Origin: Camelus dromedarius
Lineage: Eukaryota
Direction of reading: 5' to 3'
Length of the DNA stretch: 64,000 nt
Assembly (NCBI RefSeq): GCF_036321535.1
Contig: NC_087436.1
Span: 65,846,001 to 65,910,000, forward strand
Below, piece after piece: positions 51,822 through 64,000 of the stretch (its first letter is position 1; each line of letters starts with the position of its first letter). Under the pieces are notes generated by a model, which made no database searches, was not told the origin of the DNA, and saw only the letters and a list, made by a program, of their open reading frames with translations. Both the position numbers and the translations under genes were made by a program.

Positions 51822-52300
51822 TGTTATATTTGCTATAAGCATCCATTCCTCCTTCTTCTGTTAACTGCATCCACGTTTCTTTTGTGAAAACCACCCGCTT
51901 CCCTCCTCAGTGTATGTGAATAGGATAGGACTGAACTCACACACTGGGTACAGGACCAGACATATGATCTGATCTTTCTAAAGAAATTACTGAAGACCTT
52001 TGGCCATACATAAACAGCTGGGGATTGTCCTGTGACACAGAGAAGTGAAAGCCCAGATATCTCTCTAATGTTTTTGTTAACTTTACATGTGGCGTAAGCT
52101 TGGGATTGCAGGTTTTAACATGTGGATAACTCCAGACTGGAATAAACAACGATTCAGGAAGAAATAAATCAAATGCTTGGTTCTGTCACAGTATGAAGTC
52201 ATTTAAGGTACTACATATCCTTGGATGTACTGATTCTTTTTTGCTTAGATTCATTTGACCAGACTGTTTATTCCTTACAACAAAAAATCCTGACTAATCC
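51822..52300 (+). mobile_element. MLT1 (I/J-like) MaLR LTR
   Basis: agcatccattcctccttcttctgttaac start; ttacaacaaaaaatcctgactaat end. Confidence 0.65.
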
Positions 52301-53799
52301 ATTTACTATTAAATGATTATAGACAACAGAGAAAACAATAGAGTCTGATGTTTCAAATACATTGAAACAAAGGATGAGAAAGGGAAAAAAAATCTTTCTG
52401 AACAACAAATTCATGCCAGACACTAAAATCAAAAACACAGTTTTCACAACATTCCCATGAGAAAGATGACATTAGTAACTTTTTTTCTGAATGTAGTTAT
52501 TAGGAATCAGAAATATATGTGGAGACAGAATTCAAACTTAGGTCTTTCGGATTTCAAATGCCTTATGGTTTAACATTGAGATTTACTGTGACTAAATCTC
52601 TAGTAATTCTACACAAAGACTGATAATATTTGACTGCTTTAAAGTTGATTGGCATAAAGTTTCTTTTTGCTTGACGACTTCCATTGAGAATAAATATCAA
52701 CCTTCATTAGTATTCAGTATCAATTTTTATCAATAATAACAGATTCCCAATAATAGAGCACATGGAATTTCAATAGCAGTTCACAAGATATTTGAAATAA
52801 TGATCATACTAATTATAATTTGTGTCATGATTAAACAAAACAGTATAGGTCCTCAAATATTATTTCATTTGAACTACATCCAAGGAAGATAGTCATCATT
52901 CATACTAAAAAAAAAAGGAAGCTATAAGTCCATTTTCTCTATAGTGAGCCCATTTTCTTTCTCACTTGTTTTGTTACATAGTAGGTGGAAAATGATTTAG
53001 TTACTGACAAGGAATAATTTCAGCTTGTACAGAAACACTCTAAATTAGCCAACAGAAGGGAATGATACCTACAAGCCAACAGTAGGGAAATATTTCTGTG
53101 CTATTTCAACTGACTGTTCTTCAATTAAAAATATTTTTTTAAAAGAAGAAAACAATAATAAAAAAAATCAAACCATTGAGCCACCTCAAAAAAGAAAAAA
53201 ACAGAAAAGTTCTTGATCTGGAGTACTATATATTCTAAATGTAAAATGTATATAAAAAATGCTTTAGAGAATGAAATATTATTGATCAAAATAAGAACAC
53301 CTTCTATAAAATAAAACACATAAGCCTAAAGAAATGCATTTAGGAAATGCTTTTCAAATGTTCTGAAGAGAAAGAAAAAAATAGTTCTTACTTAAATGGA
53401 ATTGAAGAGATCAGAATAAATCCCATTCCTAAATCATCTCTCAAACTACAGATTAAGTGACTGTGTAGAATTATTTGAGGCATTTAAAAATATGGGATAA
53501 GTAGAAATGCCAGATAATAGTCTGTTGACAGGTAATGCCAGGAAGATACTCAGATACTCAAGAAAGGAACCATTGGAAGTATATTTTAAACCTAATATTC
53601 TTCTTTGACAGAAGCAAATAAATAAATCATTTTTGCATTAATTAAGATAACTGCAGTATATAATACAAAATGACACACTAAGCTACATAACAGCTCTCAT
53701 CTTATTTAGAGCCAAAATCATTCAAAGCTCTCTGCAGGATGTATGATAATTCGCAGGACATGGAATAACCAAAAAAAAAAAATTTTTTTTAAGTACAAA

Positions 53800-54600
53800 G
53801 TTTAAAGACTTACACTATCTGACTTCAAGTCTTATTATAAAACTACAGACATTAATACCTTGTGGTTTTGGGGCAAAATGGAAAAACAGATCAATATAAC
53901 ATAATAGAGAGTCTAAGAATAAACCAATTGATGAAATGATTTTCAAAAACTTACCCAAGTAATTCAATGTGGAAAGAAAGACTATTTAAGTAAGGATTAT
54001 ATACTAACTGAAAAAAATGTGGCAATAGTGAACCTCAAATTTAATCTCATAATTCACATATAAATTTTTTTCAAGGTGTCAATACAGAAATGCTAAATCT
54101 ATAAGTTTCTAAAAGAAATCTAGAAGGATATTTTTGCAACTTAGAGGTAGGGAATTTTTTTTGATAGGATGTATAAAGCAAATAACATATATATATATAT
54201 TTGAACTCACTACAAGTAAAGGCTTTTCTCTAACTGTTAAGAAAATAGTCCATACACTGAGAGAAAATTCTGTCAAATACATATCTGACAGAAGATCTTT
54301 TTAAAACCATACAAAGGACTCCTATACTTAGTTAAAAGACAGTTTCCCCTTGAAAGAAAGCCAACAACAACAAAAGTAAATAAACACTTTCGAAAGGAAT
54401 AGGTACATACAAATGGTTAGTAAGGACATTTTAAAATGCTAAACATTAGCAGACATTAAGGAAATACAAATTAAAAAGATGATGATATACTATTATTTAT
54501 ACAGCTGCTAGAATGGCTAAAATTTTAAAAACAGTCAACAATAAAATATTGGTAAGGATATGAATCAGTTGAAAATCTCATACATTGCTGGTAGGGAAAC
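53800..54600 (+). mobile_element. Old L1M ORF2 3' remnant
   Basis: gacttacactatctgacttcaagtcttattataaaactaca (LPDFK-YYKAT region) ... ggaaatacaaattaaaa...ctcatacattgctggt. Confidence 0.8.
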
Positions 54601-56154
54601 ACATAGTAGTCTGTCCATGAATTGTTACAAGAAATTGAAAACAGATTGTCATTTATACACCAATACTTAAAGATCTGTATTTCTATATAAATAAAGACTA
54701 TATGTCAAAACACCATAAATATCCAGAAAGCTTATGAGTATAATTATTTAATATTAATTTGATGTGTTTGTAATCAGTTTTTTTTACATTTTATTATTTT
54801 TTTAATGATTAAACTAAAACGGCTGGAAATTATGCATTAAAATCTAGAAATAAAGATTGTTTCATCTTTTAAAAATTGTGAGGGATATCATAATTTTTGT
54901 ATTTATTTGTGATTTTAAATTTATTATTATAAATGCATGAATATGTTGTACTGAATGCAGTTTATTTTTATGTGTGTAAATACACAGACACATACACATT
55001 GTCTTTCTGGTTTTTCCGTATTTTTTTTTATCCTATATCTTTTAATTTTTAGTTTCACAATACTAACTGCTGTCACATATCATGCATAGTTTAGTGTGAG
55101 AACCCATTTTTTCAACTGTATTGTTTAAATGCTTATTTTAACCGTATGTCTTTTTTCCTCTATTTTTTGCTTTGATTTGATGGTTATATACTAATATTTA
55201 TATGTCAAGTGGTTTAAATATGCTTAAGAAAATTATTAGATATTGCTAATTATTCAATAGTTTTTTTAATGTCATATTTAGAATTCTAGGTGCTCATCTC
55301 GTTAGAATGAAGTTATATGATTTTTTTCAGATTACCATTATAATTTCCAGAAAAAATGATTAGTATTTTAAAATGAGTTTAGTTTCTACATTTAAAGTTA
55401 TATGGAAAGACTTGTAATAATTTGCTATTTTATTAAAAAAGGAATGTTATTGCTAATCATTATTCTTGTTCTTATAGATATGATTACTTTTTAAAAATTA
55501 TTTTTATAATAAAAGTATAATTAACATTATTTATAACATTATTCTCTTAAAATAGGAAATAACTCAAGGAATAACCATTATGAAAATTGTTTAAACAAAA
55601 TACTACATATTTTTATGGTTCTAAAATACATGTTCCATTAGGGCAAGTGCCTTACCTTCTTGTTTATCACAACAGGGCTTATGTGATTTCCTGGCTCAAA
55701 ATAAGAAATCAGTTTGTATTTCTTGAATGAATGATCCTTTCTTCCTTTATATTTCAATAGGTATATTAATGGAAAGATAGGTGTTTAACATTCTGACAAG
55801 CCATGTTAAACTTATACCATATTTTCTTTATTTCAAAAAATTTTACAATAATGTGTTTGCATTGTTTGATTTGATAACTTCTAAATGTAATAATTTATAG
55901 GACTCCAAGGAATACTACTAAGTCCAAATAAATATTTATCATTTAGTTTGTCCTTCACTTAAAATAACAAATTGTGCATGAAAAATATTTAAAATAATGT
56001 AAATTGAGTTAATAAGAAGGTATTAACTAATTAAATATAATTTTTCCACTTTTGTGGGTGAATACCATTATTATTTAAACTATGTTTATATTTTATTTAT
56101 ATGTAATACTGTTTTACCACTTCAATTTTATTGGTCCAAATGTTTATCCTCTGA

Positions 56155-56300
56155 TTTTTTTAATTGAAATACATTTGACATACAACATTTACATAAATTT
56201 AAGTATACAATATGTTGTTATGATACATCTATATATTGTAATATGATTGCCATTGTAGGGATAGCACCTCTATCATGTCACATAGTAATATACATTGCTG
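56155..56300 (-). mobile_element. Short L1 3' tail
   Basis: tttttttaattgaaatacatttgacatacaacatt...aagtatacaa. Confidence 0.65.
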
Positions 56301-58399
56301 TGATCTATTACAACTTCTTGCTGTTCACATTTTCAAAAAGTTCTGGAGGAAAACATTACATCAGAAAATGGTAAATGAGGACAACTTGTTTAAATAATTT
56401 TAGAGAAGGCAACATACATGTAAAAATACCAGAAAATAAGGACAAACAACACAGCTATTATTTATTAACTGCTTATTCCTATGCATTGTGTTTAATCTTT
56501 TATATGTACTAACTCCTTTGCCAAATAAATATTGAATATTTTATAATGAATGGGAAGTATTATAAAAACATTTGAATCCATGAAGCCCATTATTATCATT
56601 AATATTATTTTAATTAGCATAAGACTAAAATTTTGCCATTTTTCCACAGGTATTATTTTCATTCAGGTGTACACCATTACTATTTAACCTTATATGTTAA
56701 AAATTAATATTTAGAGAATTTAAGTGCCTTAGACAATATCCACCAAACATTTTTCTTCAAAATTGTATATAAACTGCTTCTCTTCTATATTTGTTTAGAC
56801 TACAGAAATAAATACTTTTTTATTATTTACTGAAAATGAATATAGTTTATCTCATAAGGTTGAGGTTATCTCCCCTTTCCTAATATGGAAATTACTTACT
56901 GAGATTTGACAAACAAATCTTACATTATGGCTTGTGCGCAAGTTGCTTTCAACAGCAGGCTAGAAGCAGTTAATTAAATGCAGTTTAAACTAGACAGGTG
57001 TGAACATGTTGATAATAGAAAGCATGCTATGAATAGTAGCAAGAGAAAAACAAGAGGCTGATAGCAAAGAAGAAAATGCTAAAAAAAAAAGCCTTATATG
57101 TTAAAAAGCAAATGATATAAGAACTAGAAAGGTGTTATGAACAGAGGCATGTAGTGCTCCCCTACATAGTTTGTAACTGGTAAAATATATATAAAAACCA
57201 AGAGTAAAATGCATCAAATAATTAAGCTATTACAGAGCCAAGGTTTCTATTATTATTCATTTAGTTATCTCTTTCTATATGAGTTTTATTGTTTGTCTGT
57301 ATCAAAAGTGAAGACAAATTTAATAACAAAATTAAATGTTTGTTTCAGAAACCTTTAAAAAATAACATTCATTTTGAAGCTTTCTTAGAAGTAGACAGTA
57401 CCATCTAGCTCATGTTATTTCTGAATATTCAGAGCCTGAAATTGTGCAAATTGTATTTTTTTCACTAAAAATAAATTGTCAAAGTAATAGTTTATTCTCC
57501 TGAATACTGTTTTAGTGCTGTGTTATCAAAAGCTATGCATATCCAAACGTATTTTAAAATATGAAAATAAAGTAGAAACAGCAGACACTGTATTTATGAG
57601 AACACTCTATATTTCTAAAAGAGTTATCTCAAGGTATTTTTTAAGTGATCACAAGATACTGTAGTTTTACAGATGAGTAATGTTCAATAGCAAATTCACC
57701 CAAGAGTAATTCAACAAGTCACTGAAGGAAACATGAATTGTTATTGTGTCTCCTATTATTCTGATCCAGAGCTGGTCCATTATAAAAAGCAGAGTTACTG
57801 ATTTCTTTATTCTCTAAATGCTTGAGTACCTGCTGGGTTAAAATGTGAATAAAACCTATATGGTTATTATTGTTCTAAGAAGACAGATAATAAAATGTCT
57901 ACCTTCATGGTATGATTTTAAGGCCCCAGTAAAGTGTTTGAAAGAGGCGGCATGTCACACAAATAGCTACATTAGTTGCATACTATTTAACTGGAGCTCA
58001 GCAAAGTTGGGATTAAATGATGGGTATCATAGTAACATTACCTAATATGGTACTTAACAAAATTGTATTTAAATCATGGTTATACTACTGATACCTGATA
58101 CTACAATATACCTAATACTATATGGGCTTGCAAAAGGCTCTGAGCCTCATTTATGTGATAAAATTAAGTCGATTTAATAATTATTACTTTGCCATTTTTA
58201 AACCAAAAGTAATATGGAAAACACACATGTACCTCATACACAGTGAGGAAAGCATTGACTCAGGTGTACTCTTTAGCTATGTGATCCTGAAATATTTTAT
58301 TTTCTTCCATAAACTTTCTGTATCTTTACATTTTCTAAAATGTCTACTCTGGGGGCTATTTCCTTTAAAAAGATTGAATAAAACCATTATTTATAGAAG

Positions 58400-59415
58400 T
58401 AATCAATCTGACTACATTAAAATGAAGAATTTCTGTTTGACAAAGTTATCATTGAAAGAAGAAAATACAATCCACAAAATGAAAAAAACAGTAAAATACG
58501 CATTAAACTAAAAAAAGATTCATATCTAGAATTTATAAATAAATCATTTATATCACTAATAAAATATATAAAGTGTAATTACAGAAGGGGCAACGGACTT
58601 CCATATTTATCTCATGAAAGAGAAAAAATAAAAGATCAATAAATCATTGAAACGTACAAAAATGCCAATCCCATTAGTAATCAGGAAAGGCAAAAAATAG
58701 CAATAAGGGATTATTAGACAATAATTAGAAAAAACTGAAATGATAATATGAAATATATCATAAAAATGTTAATTCTCATTCACTTTTGGGTAGAAATATA
58801 AACTATCAAAAACATTCATTTATAGTAAAAGGGAATAAATTTATAATCTATCTATTACCCCAGAAAGCACTCTTTCTTATATATCCCCAAATAATTTGTA
58901 CACATGTGTAGATGGATACACATACAAGAATATTCAGAGCAACATTATAATATATAGCTGAAAACCAACTCTCCATCAGCAGTAGACTGGCTAAATCATG
59001 GTATATTCAAACAATAAAATGTTATACAGCAAAGAAAGTGAGCAAAATAGAGCTGGTTACAAAGGAAGGACAAATCTAGCAGACAAAATTTTCTACTGAG
59101 AAAGAGAGACAAAACATATGGTGCAATTTCATTTACATAAAATTCTAAAACCAGCATAAACTATTCTATTTAAGAATATACACTTAGGTGATGAAATTAA
59201 AAAGAAAGACAATAACAAAAAATCAAGACACTGGTTTTCTCTAAATGAGGGAGAGAATATCATGACTTCCAAAGAACACGCTGTGGCTTCTGGCAATATT
59301 CTGTTTCTTAACCTGGGCAGTGGACACATGCAAGCCTTTTATTTGGTGTATTATATACATTTTAATATCATACATCTTCATGCATATATGTTGTATTTCA
59401 AGATAAATAAAAATG
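58400..59415 (+). mobile_element. L1ME-like 3' remnant
   Basis: gactacattaaaatgaagaatttctgtt, catacaagaatattcagagcaacatta, ggcaatattctgtttcttaacctggg. Confidence 0.75.
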
Positions 59416-61729
59416 TTTAAAATTTGATGCAGTATATAAACTTTCCAGTAACTTTCTTAACAATCTTAAATCCTTCCAATTTGAGAGAGCAATCGATTTC
59501 TTTTTTTTCTCTCTCACAACATAACCAAACTCAAACTTCTCAGCCTCTTGTTTCACAGCTCTTACTCACACTTGTCAGGAACTGCCCAGACTACATCTTG
59601 AGGTATTGAACAAGCTAAACCTTTGCTTTGGAGCATCCTTCATCCTCTTTACTAAATCTTACTCTTTTCTCAAGTCTAACTTAACAATCATGAAACTTAT
59701 AAACCACATCTCTAATTTTAAATATGCTCATGTATCCGTTGTAGTATTCACAAAAGTAAGTTGTTACTTTACCTATTTATGTTTATTCAATCCATTCAAT
59801 TATAAAAACTGCTAACAAAACCCATTTTCTTATCTCCCTTATGCCTACTTTGCAGCTGGCTTTTATGGCTATGGGTCAAGAAATTCCATTTTCAATTGTG
59901 AAATTGCTTGCCTAGCAGAGTTAGTACTTTTAAATCAAGAAAACAATATACATTTAAGATAATAGATAAGTATCATTGTCCAACTTTCTACAAGACAGCT
60001 GCATATCTGTCACACATGAGACTGAGGCTTGGCTATAAGTCTATGATCCAAACCAGACTTGCTTACTCTCCATATGATCAAGTAAGCAACATTAATTCTG
60101 TGGTTCAAGTGTGTCAGACTATTGACAATTTCCAACTTAAGGCAAAGGATTCAAAGAACTGAGAATATGTAGGTATTAACTTGGGTTTAGAGTTTAACAG
60201 GAAATACAGACATGTGAATTTTGTTGTCAGTGTCACTCAGTAACAAGATACAGATGCTGCCTTGGCCAGAAAGTAAAGGGATTTTCTAAGTCTAGAAGAA
60301 TTTAAAACACCAGCCATGGTCATCTAAACTATCTTAAACACTTAAAAGAATGAATATTTGTATACACAAATAAAGAAAGGAAAAAGGGAATTTCAATGGA
60401 TATTCAGAAGCTTTAAAGAAAAATGTCAGCATCTAGTTCTGAAAATGTGTTTCTTAATATTAAAAAGCCAAGATCAGAAAACTAATGATAACAAAAATTA
60501 GATAGAAGAAGGGAGAGTGTTTGTGAGCATAATGCAATCTTTTAATTTAGGCTGAGGGTGAATGAGATACTTCTATATATTCAGGCACAGAGCACATAGT
60601 TATGAGTAACATCTCATAGAGAACCGGGAAAGCCTACAGCAAAATTTCACCAACAGATGCCTTTTCTAAACAAATCTGGATTTTTTTTAGGTATTACTTT
60701 TAAACAAAATGAATAAAAAATGAAACAGAACAAAACAAAATATTTTAGGCAAAGTTTATACATAATGGTTATTTTTTGAGGTTGAGAAAAGGGTATTTTG
60801 TAATATAAAATAATTATTAAAATGTCTGATATAGAACTGTATCTAGTTTTACTTGCTTATAAATTTCAAAGTTAATAAATAAATTTAGTGTTCATAACTT
60901 ATATCTAATATCTTCCTGAATATAGAAAGAATGTGCCTTGAAGCTTAGCCAACACAATTTTATGCTAAAATATTCCAATATGAATTTAAAAGTTGAATAA
61001 TAATGTTTGATTCCAAACACATTTATGTAAAACTACGTAAAGTGTATATTAAGGCATCTTACAGTGAGATACATCTTGACAAACCATATCACACTGGGTC
61101 ACTTAATTTCTCTAATGTATCTTCATCTTGCAACTTATTTAAAAATCCATATTTCATGCCAGTTCCATTGTCTAGTTTTATTAAGATCTGCTATTTTAAA
61201 GAAACTATTTAAATGTTTTCATTTATGAAAATCTATTGCAAAAAATAGTTTCTATGACTGAGCAGATTTCAAATTTTCATATTTAGATAGAAAAATAATA
61301 ATCTTTATTATTTCAGAGAAAAATGTATAAAATCTGTAAAAAGTGAACATACAAAGATCCAAAATAAATTACTTGTATGTTTATACATGTTCTCTCCAAC
61401 ACTGCTTTTTCCTATTGGACCATTTGTATTACCATAAATTGATGTAATTTCTTTCAAGTTAAAAAAAAAAATCTTCTTTGACCCCACACTTGCCTCAGGC
61501 ACCTTCTTTCTTCATCCCCCTTATATTGATTCAGTCATTTAAAATTATGTTATATGTGCTCTCTACTTGCATCTTGCCATTCTCTCTGAAATCACTTCAA
61601 AAGTATTTGTTTCATTAAACTCACTGACATTAAATATCGATGCCACATTTGACCTCAACAAAAGAAAAATCTTTCTTCCTTCTTTCCTTCCTTCCTTTGT
61701 TACTTCTGTCACCCCCCCTCCCTTCCCTC

Positions 61730-62124
61730 TTTTTTATTATGGAAATGCCTGAGATCTACCCTCCAAGCCAACGTCAAGTAAACAGTACAGTATTGTTAAC
61801 TATCATCACATTGTTTTATATTGGATCTCCAAAACTCACTTATCTTGCATAACTTAAACTTTCTAACTCTTGGCCAAAATCTTCCTATTTCCCCCTTCCA
61901 TCAGCCCCAGCTGGACACTTATTTCACACCATATACAGAATCAACTCAAAATATATTAAAAATTTAAACATAAGATCTGGATCCATAAAATTCCTAGAAA
62001 AAAATTTAGGATTAAAGCTTCTTGACATTGGTTTGGGCAATGATTCTTTGGCTATGACATCAAAAGCACAGGCAACAAAATTAAAAATGGGCAAGTGGGT
62101 TTTTGCATCCAACTATAAAGCTTC
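61730..62124. mobile_element. Older 5'-inverted L1: minus-strand tail (61730-~61909) joined to plus-strand ORF2 piece (~61910-62124)
   Basis: tacagtattgttaactat...atctccaaaact tail, then cacaccatatacagaatcaactcaaaat...aaaagcacaggcaacaaaa. Confidence 0.75.
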
Positions 62125-62435
62125 CATCCCCTAGACTGTTGAGTCATGCTATCTAGCTATCTAATCTTCAGATATATTTATCTATTAGGCATCTCAAACT
62201 AAATGTGTCTAAAATTAACTCCTGTTTCCACAAACCTCTACATTCTACTGATCTCACATACTTCGTTTTAACAAATCTTTCACTTCTTACAGAGCAACAC
62301 AAAAATAATCAGAGTTATCATTTACTTCTATTTACACACACCACTTTAACCCACATTCAACATATCAGCAAAGTCTATTGGCCTCACCTTTAAAATGTGT
62401 CCAAAATATAAGCTTCTTAAATTTTCCCATTGCTA
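62125..62435 (+). mobile_element. L2 fragment
   Basis: aggcatctcaaactaaatgtgtctaaaa...ccacattcaacatatcagcaaagtctattggc. Confidence 0.7.
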
Positions 62436-63723
62436 AATACTTGCATTATCAATATTGGACAACTTGACTCTATTTTCTCTAGGAAATTTTCCAACTGCAT
62501 ATACTGTATCTTACAACTAGTGGTGACACAAACCTCCTGTACCTTAGTTTTAGCTGCTTTTGGAAGATGAGTGCCTACCTTTTGTGGTATCTTCTAGGTT
62601 TTCCAAAGGCAATTTTATATGTGTTGCCTTGATTGTCTCATATCAGACTATTTCAAATATGAATGCTACTCTCCAAATCTACCAAAATTAAGCCATTTTC
62701 ATATGAAACTATTAAGAAAAATAAACACAGAAAATATGATTTTTTTTTTTTTTTTTTGCCTTAGAATGGTAGTGTATTTTTTGGTGTTTGTCAATCAAGA
62801 AGTAACCTGAAATTTAATAGTAACAAATGGGCAAAGCTTCATCCCTGTGTTTGCTCTTTTTTTTTTTTTCTTTTTCTTTTGATTCCTCTCTTTTTGGACA
62901 CTCTTACTTTGGTGCTTTGTTTCTCTAATTTGCATATATATTCTACTTTATTTCACTCCTGAATTTCAATTCACCCATAGGGAACACACTAATATTTATT
63001 TGAATGTTTAATGTCTATCTTGCCATTTAAAATACATTTTTAAGAGTGAGTCTGACCTAAATTTGAATTGTAGTCTGAAGATATGCTTCATTTTTACTGT
63101 TTAATTTCTATACCTCCTTAATTAGCCACATAATCCAGAGAACTTGTAGAGCCCTTAAAATTAGTTACATTTTAATTTGAAATTTGGGTTTAAGATCTGA
63201 TGAAGTCGATAGATTTTATTTTGTTTGAAATCAAGTTACTACACTTCAGTTACAAAATATTAATACTTAAATTTTAATAAAATTCATTTTTAATATCTTG
63301 AACATAGAAATAAAGTTATTTTTGAGATAGGAAGCGCATGAATAAAAGAAGCCTAGTGTTTATTCCATAGCCCAAACAAATTTCATCAGATCAGAATTTT
63401 TAGAGCAAATGGAAATACCAGGAGTGGAAACTACATTAAAAAAGAATTCTGTGAGGCACGGATGTGTGAATAGCAGAAAATGCTGTTTTGTTGTCCAGAT
63501 GGCTTAATATATTAGTTTTGGAGAAACAGAGTTCCTAAATTTCTGTGGACAACAGACTGAGGTTCTGACATACTTAATATTTAACTTAACCTAATGTTAA
63601 ATTGTCATATTTACGATTCGGAAGTTTTTTATAACAAGGAAGTGTCAACAAGGGCAATGCTTCAGACTTTTCATAGAGAACACCAGAATTGGTGAGGCAG
63701 CCTCTTTATGTACCTTTAAGTGT

Positions 63724-64000
63724 TGTGTTAGTTTACAAGGGCTGCCCTAACAAAGTACCACAAACTGAGTGGCTTAAAATGCAAAAGTGTGTCGTCTCTC
63801 AGTTATGGAGGCTAGAAGTCTGAGGTCAAGATGTCTGCAAGGTTGCTTATTCCTGAGGGCTGTGAGGGAGAATATGTACTATGACTCTCTCCTAGCTTCT
63901 GGTTTTCTGGCAATCTTCCATGGTCCTTGACTTGTTGCATCACCCCATCTCTTCTTTCATGTCTGAATGGTGTTCTCCCTGTACTTAAACGCCTAAATTT
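63724..64000 (-). mobile_element. MLT1B/C-like MaLR LTR, running off the window
   Basis: tgtgttagttt...gctgccctaacaaagtaccacaaactgagtggcttaa...ggaggctagaagtctgaggtcaagatgtc. Confidence 0.9.

Noticed and set aside
1..64000. CRISPR arrays, operons, rRNA/tRNA genes, CpG island, or a novel multi-gene system; remaining 60-130 aa ORFs
   Set aside because: The DNA is mammalian and repeat-rich; no such structures were seen, and the short ORFs are repeat-derived or AT-rich chance frames

Overview
AT-rich, CpG-poor mammalian genomic DNA (gene-poor intergenic region or large intron). The L1 3' tails and the absence of Alu/B1/Bov-A/PRE1/SINEC-type SINEs point to an artiodactyl, probably a camelid (inference). 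No intact host gene, RNA gene or CRISPR array is supported. A large share of the window is interspersed repeat: ancient L2, L1M, MaLR/ERVL LTRs and hAT MITEs (MER20, MER5A, MER63), plus younger L1 insertions. Best observations: (1) a young 5'-truncated L1 (26821-28743, -) with one ORF2 frameshift and a split poly(A), possibly a short 3' transduction, lying a few bases from a 610-bp solo ERV1-type LTR with a 4-bp TSD; (2) a 147-bp twin-priming inverted L1 with a perfect 18-bp TSD (20228-20410), plus an older inverted L1; (3) an orphan mRNA 3'-UTR retrocopy (~7174-7625, -) that I recall as PTP4A2-like; (4) a multi-layer nested L1 cluster (45165-48880) containing a tail-less fragment at a ~60-bp deletion. 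I found no evidence for a previously undescribed biological system: these are locus-specific examples of known retrotransposition mechanisms. Repeat subfamily names come from recalled consensus motifs, not a database search, and boundaries of old elements are approximate.
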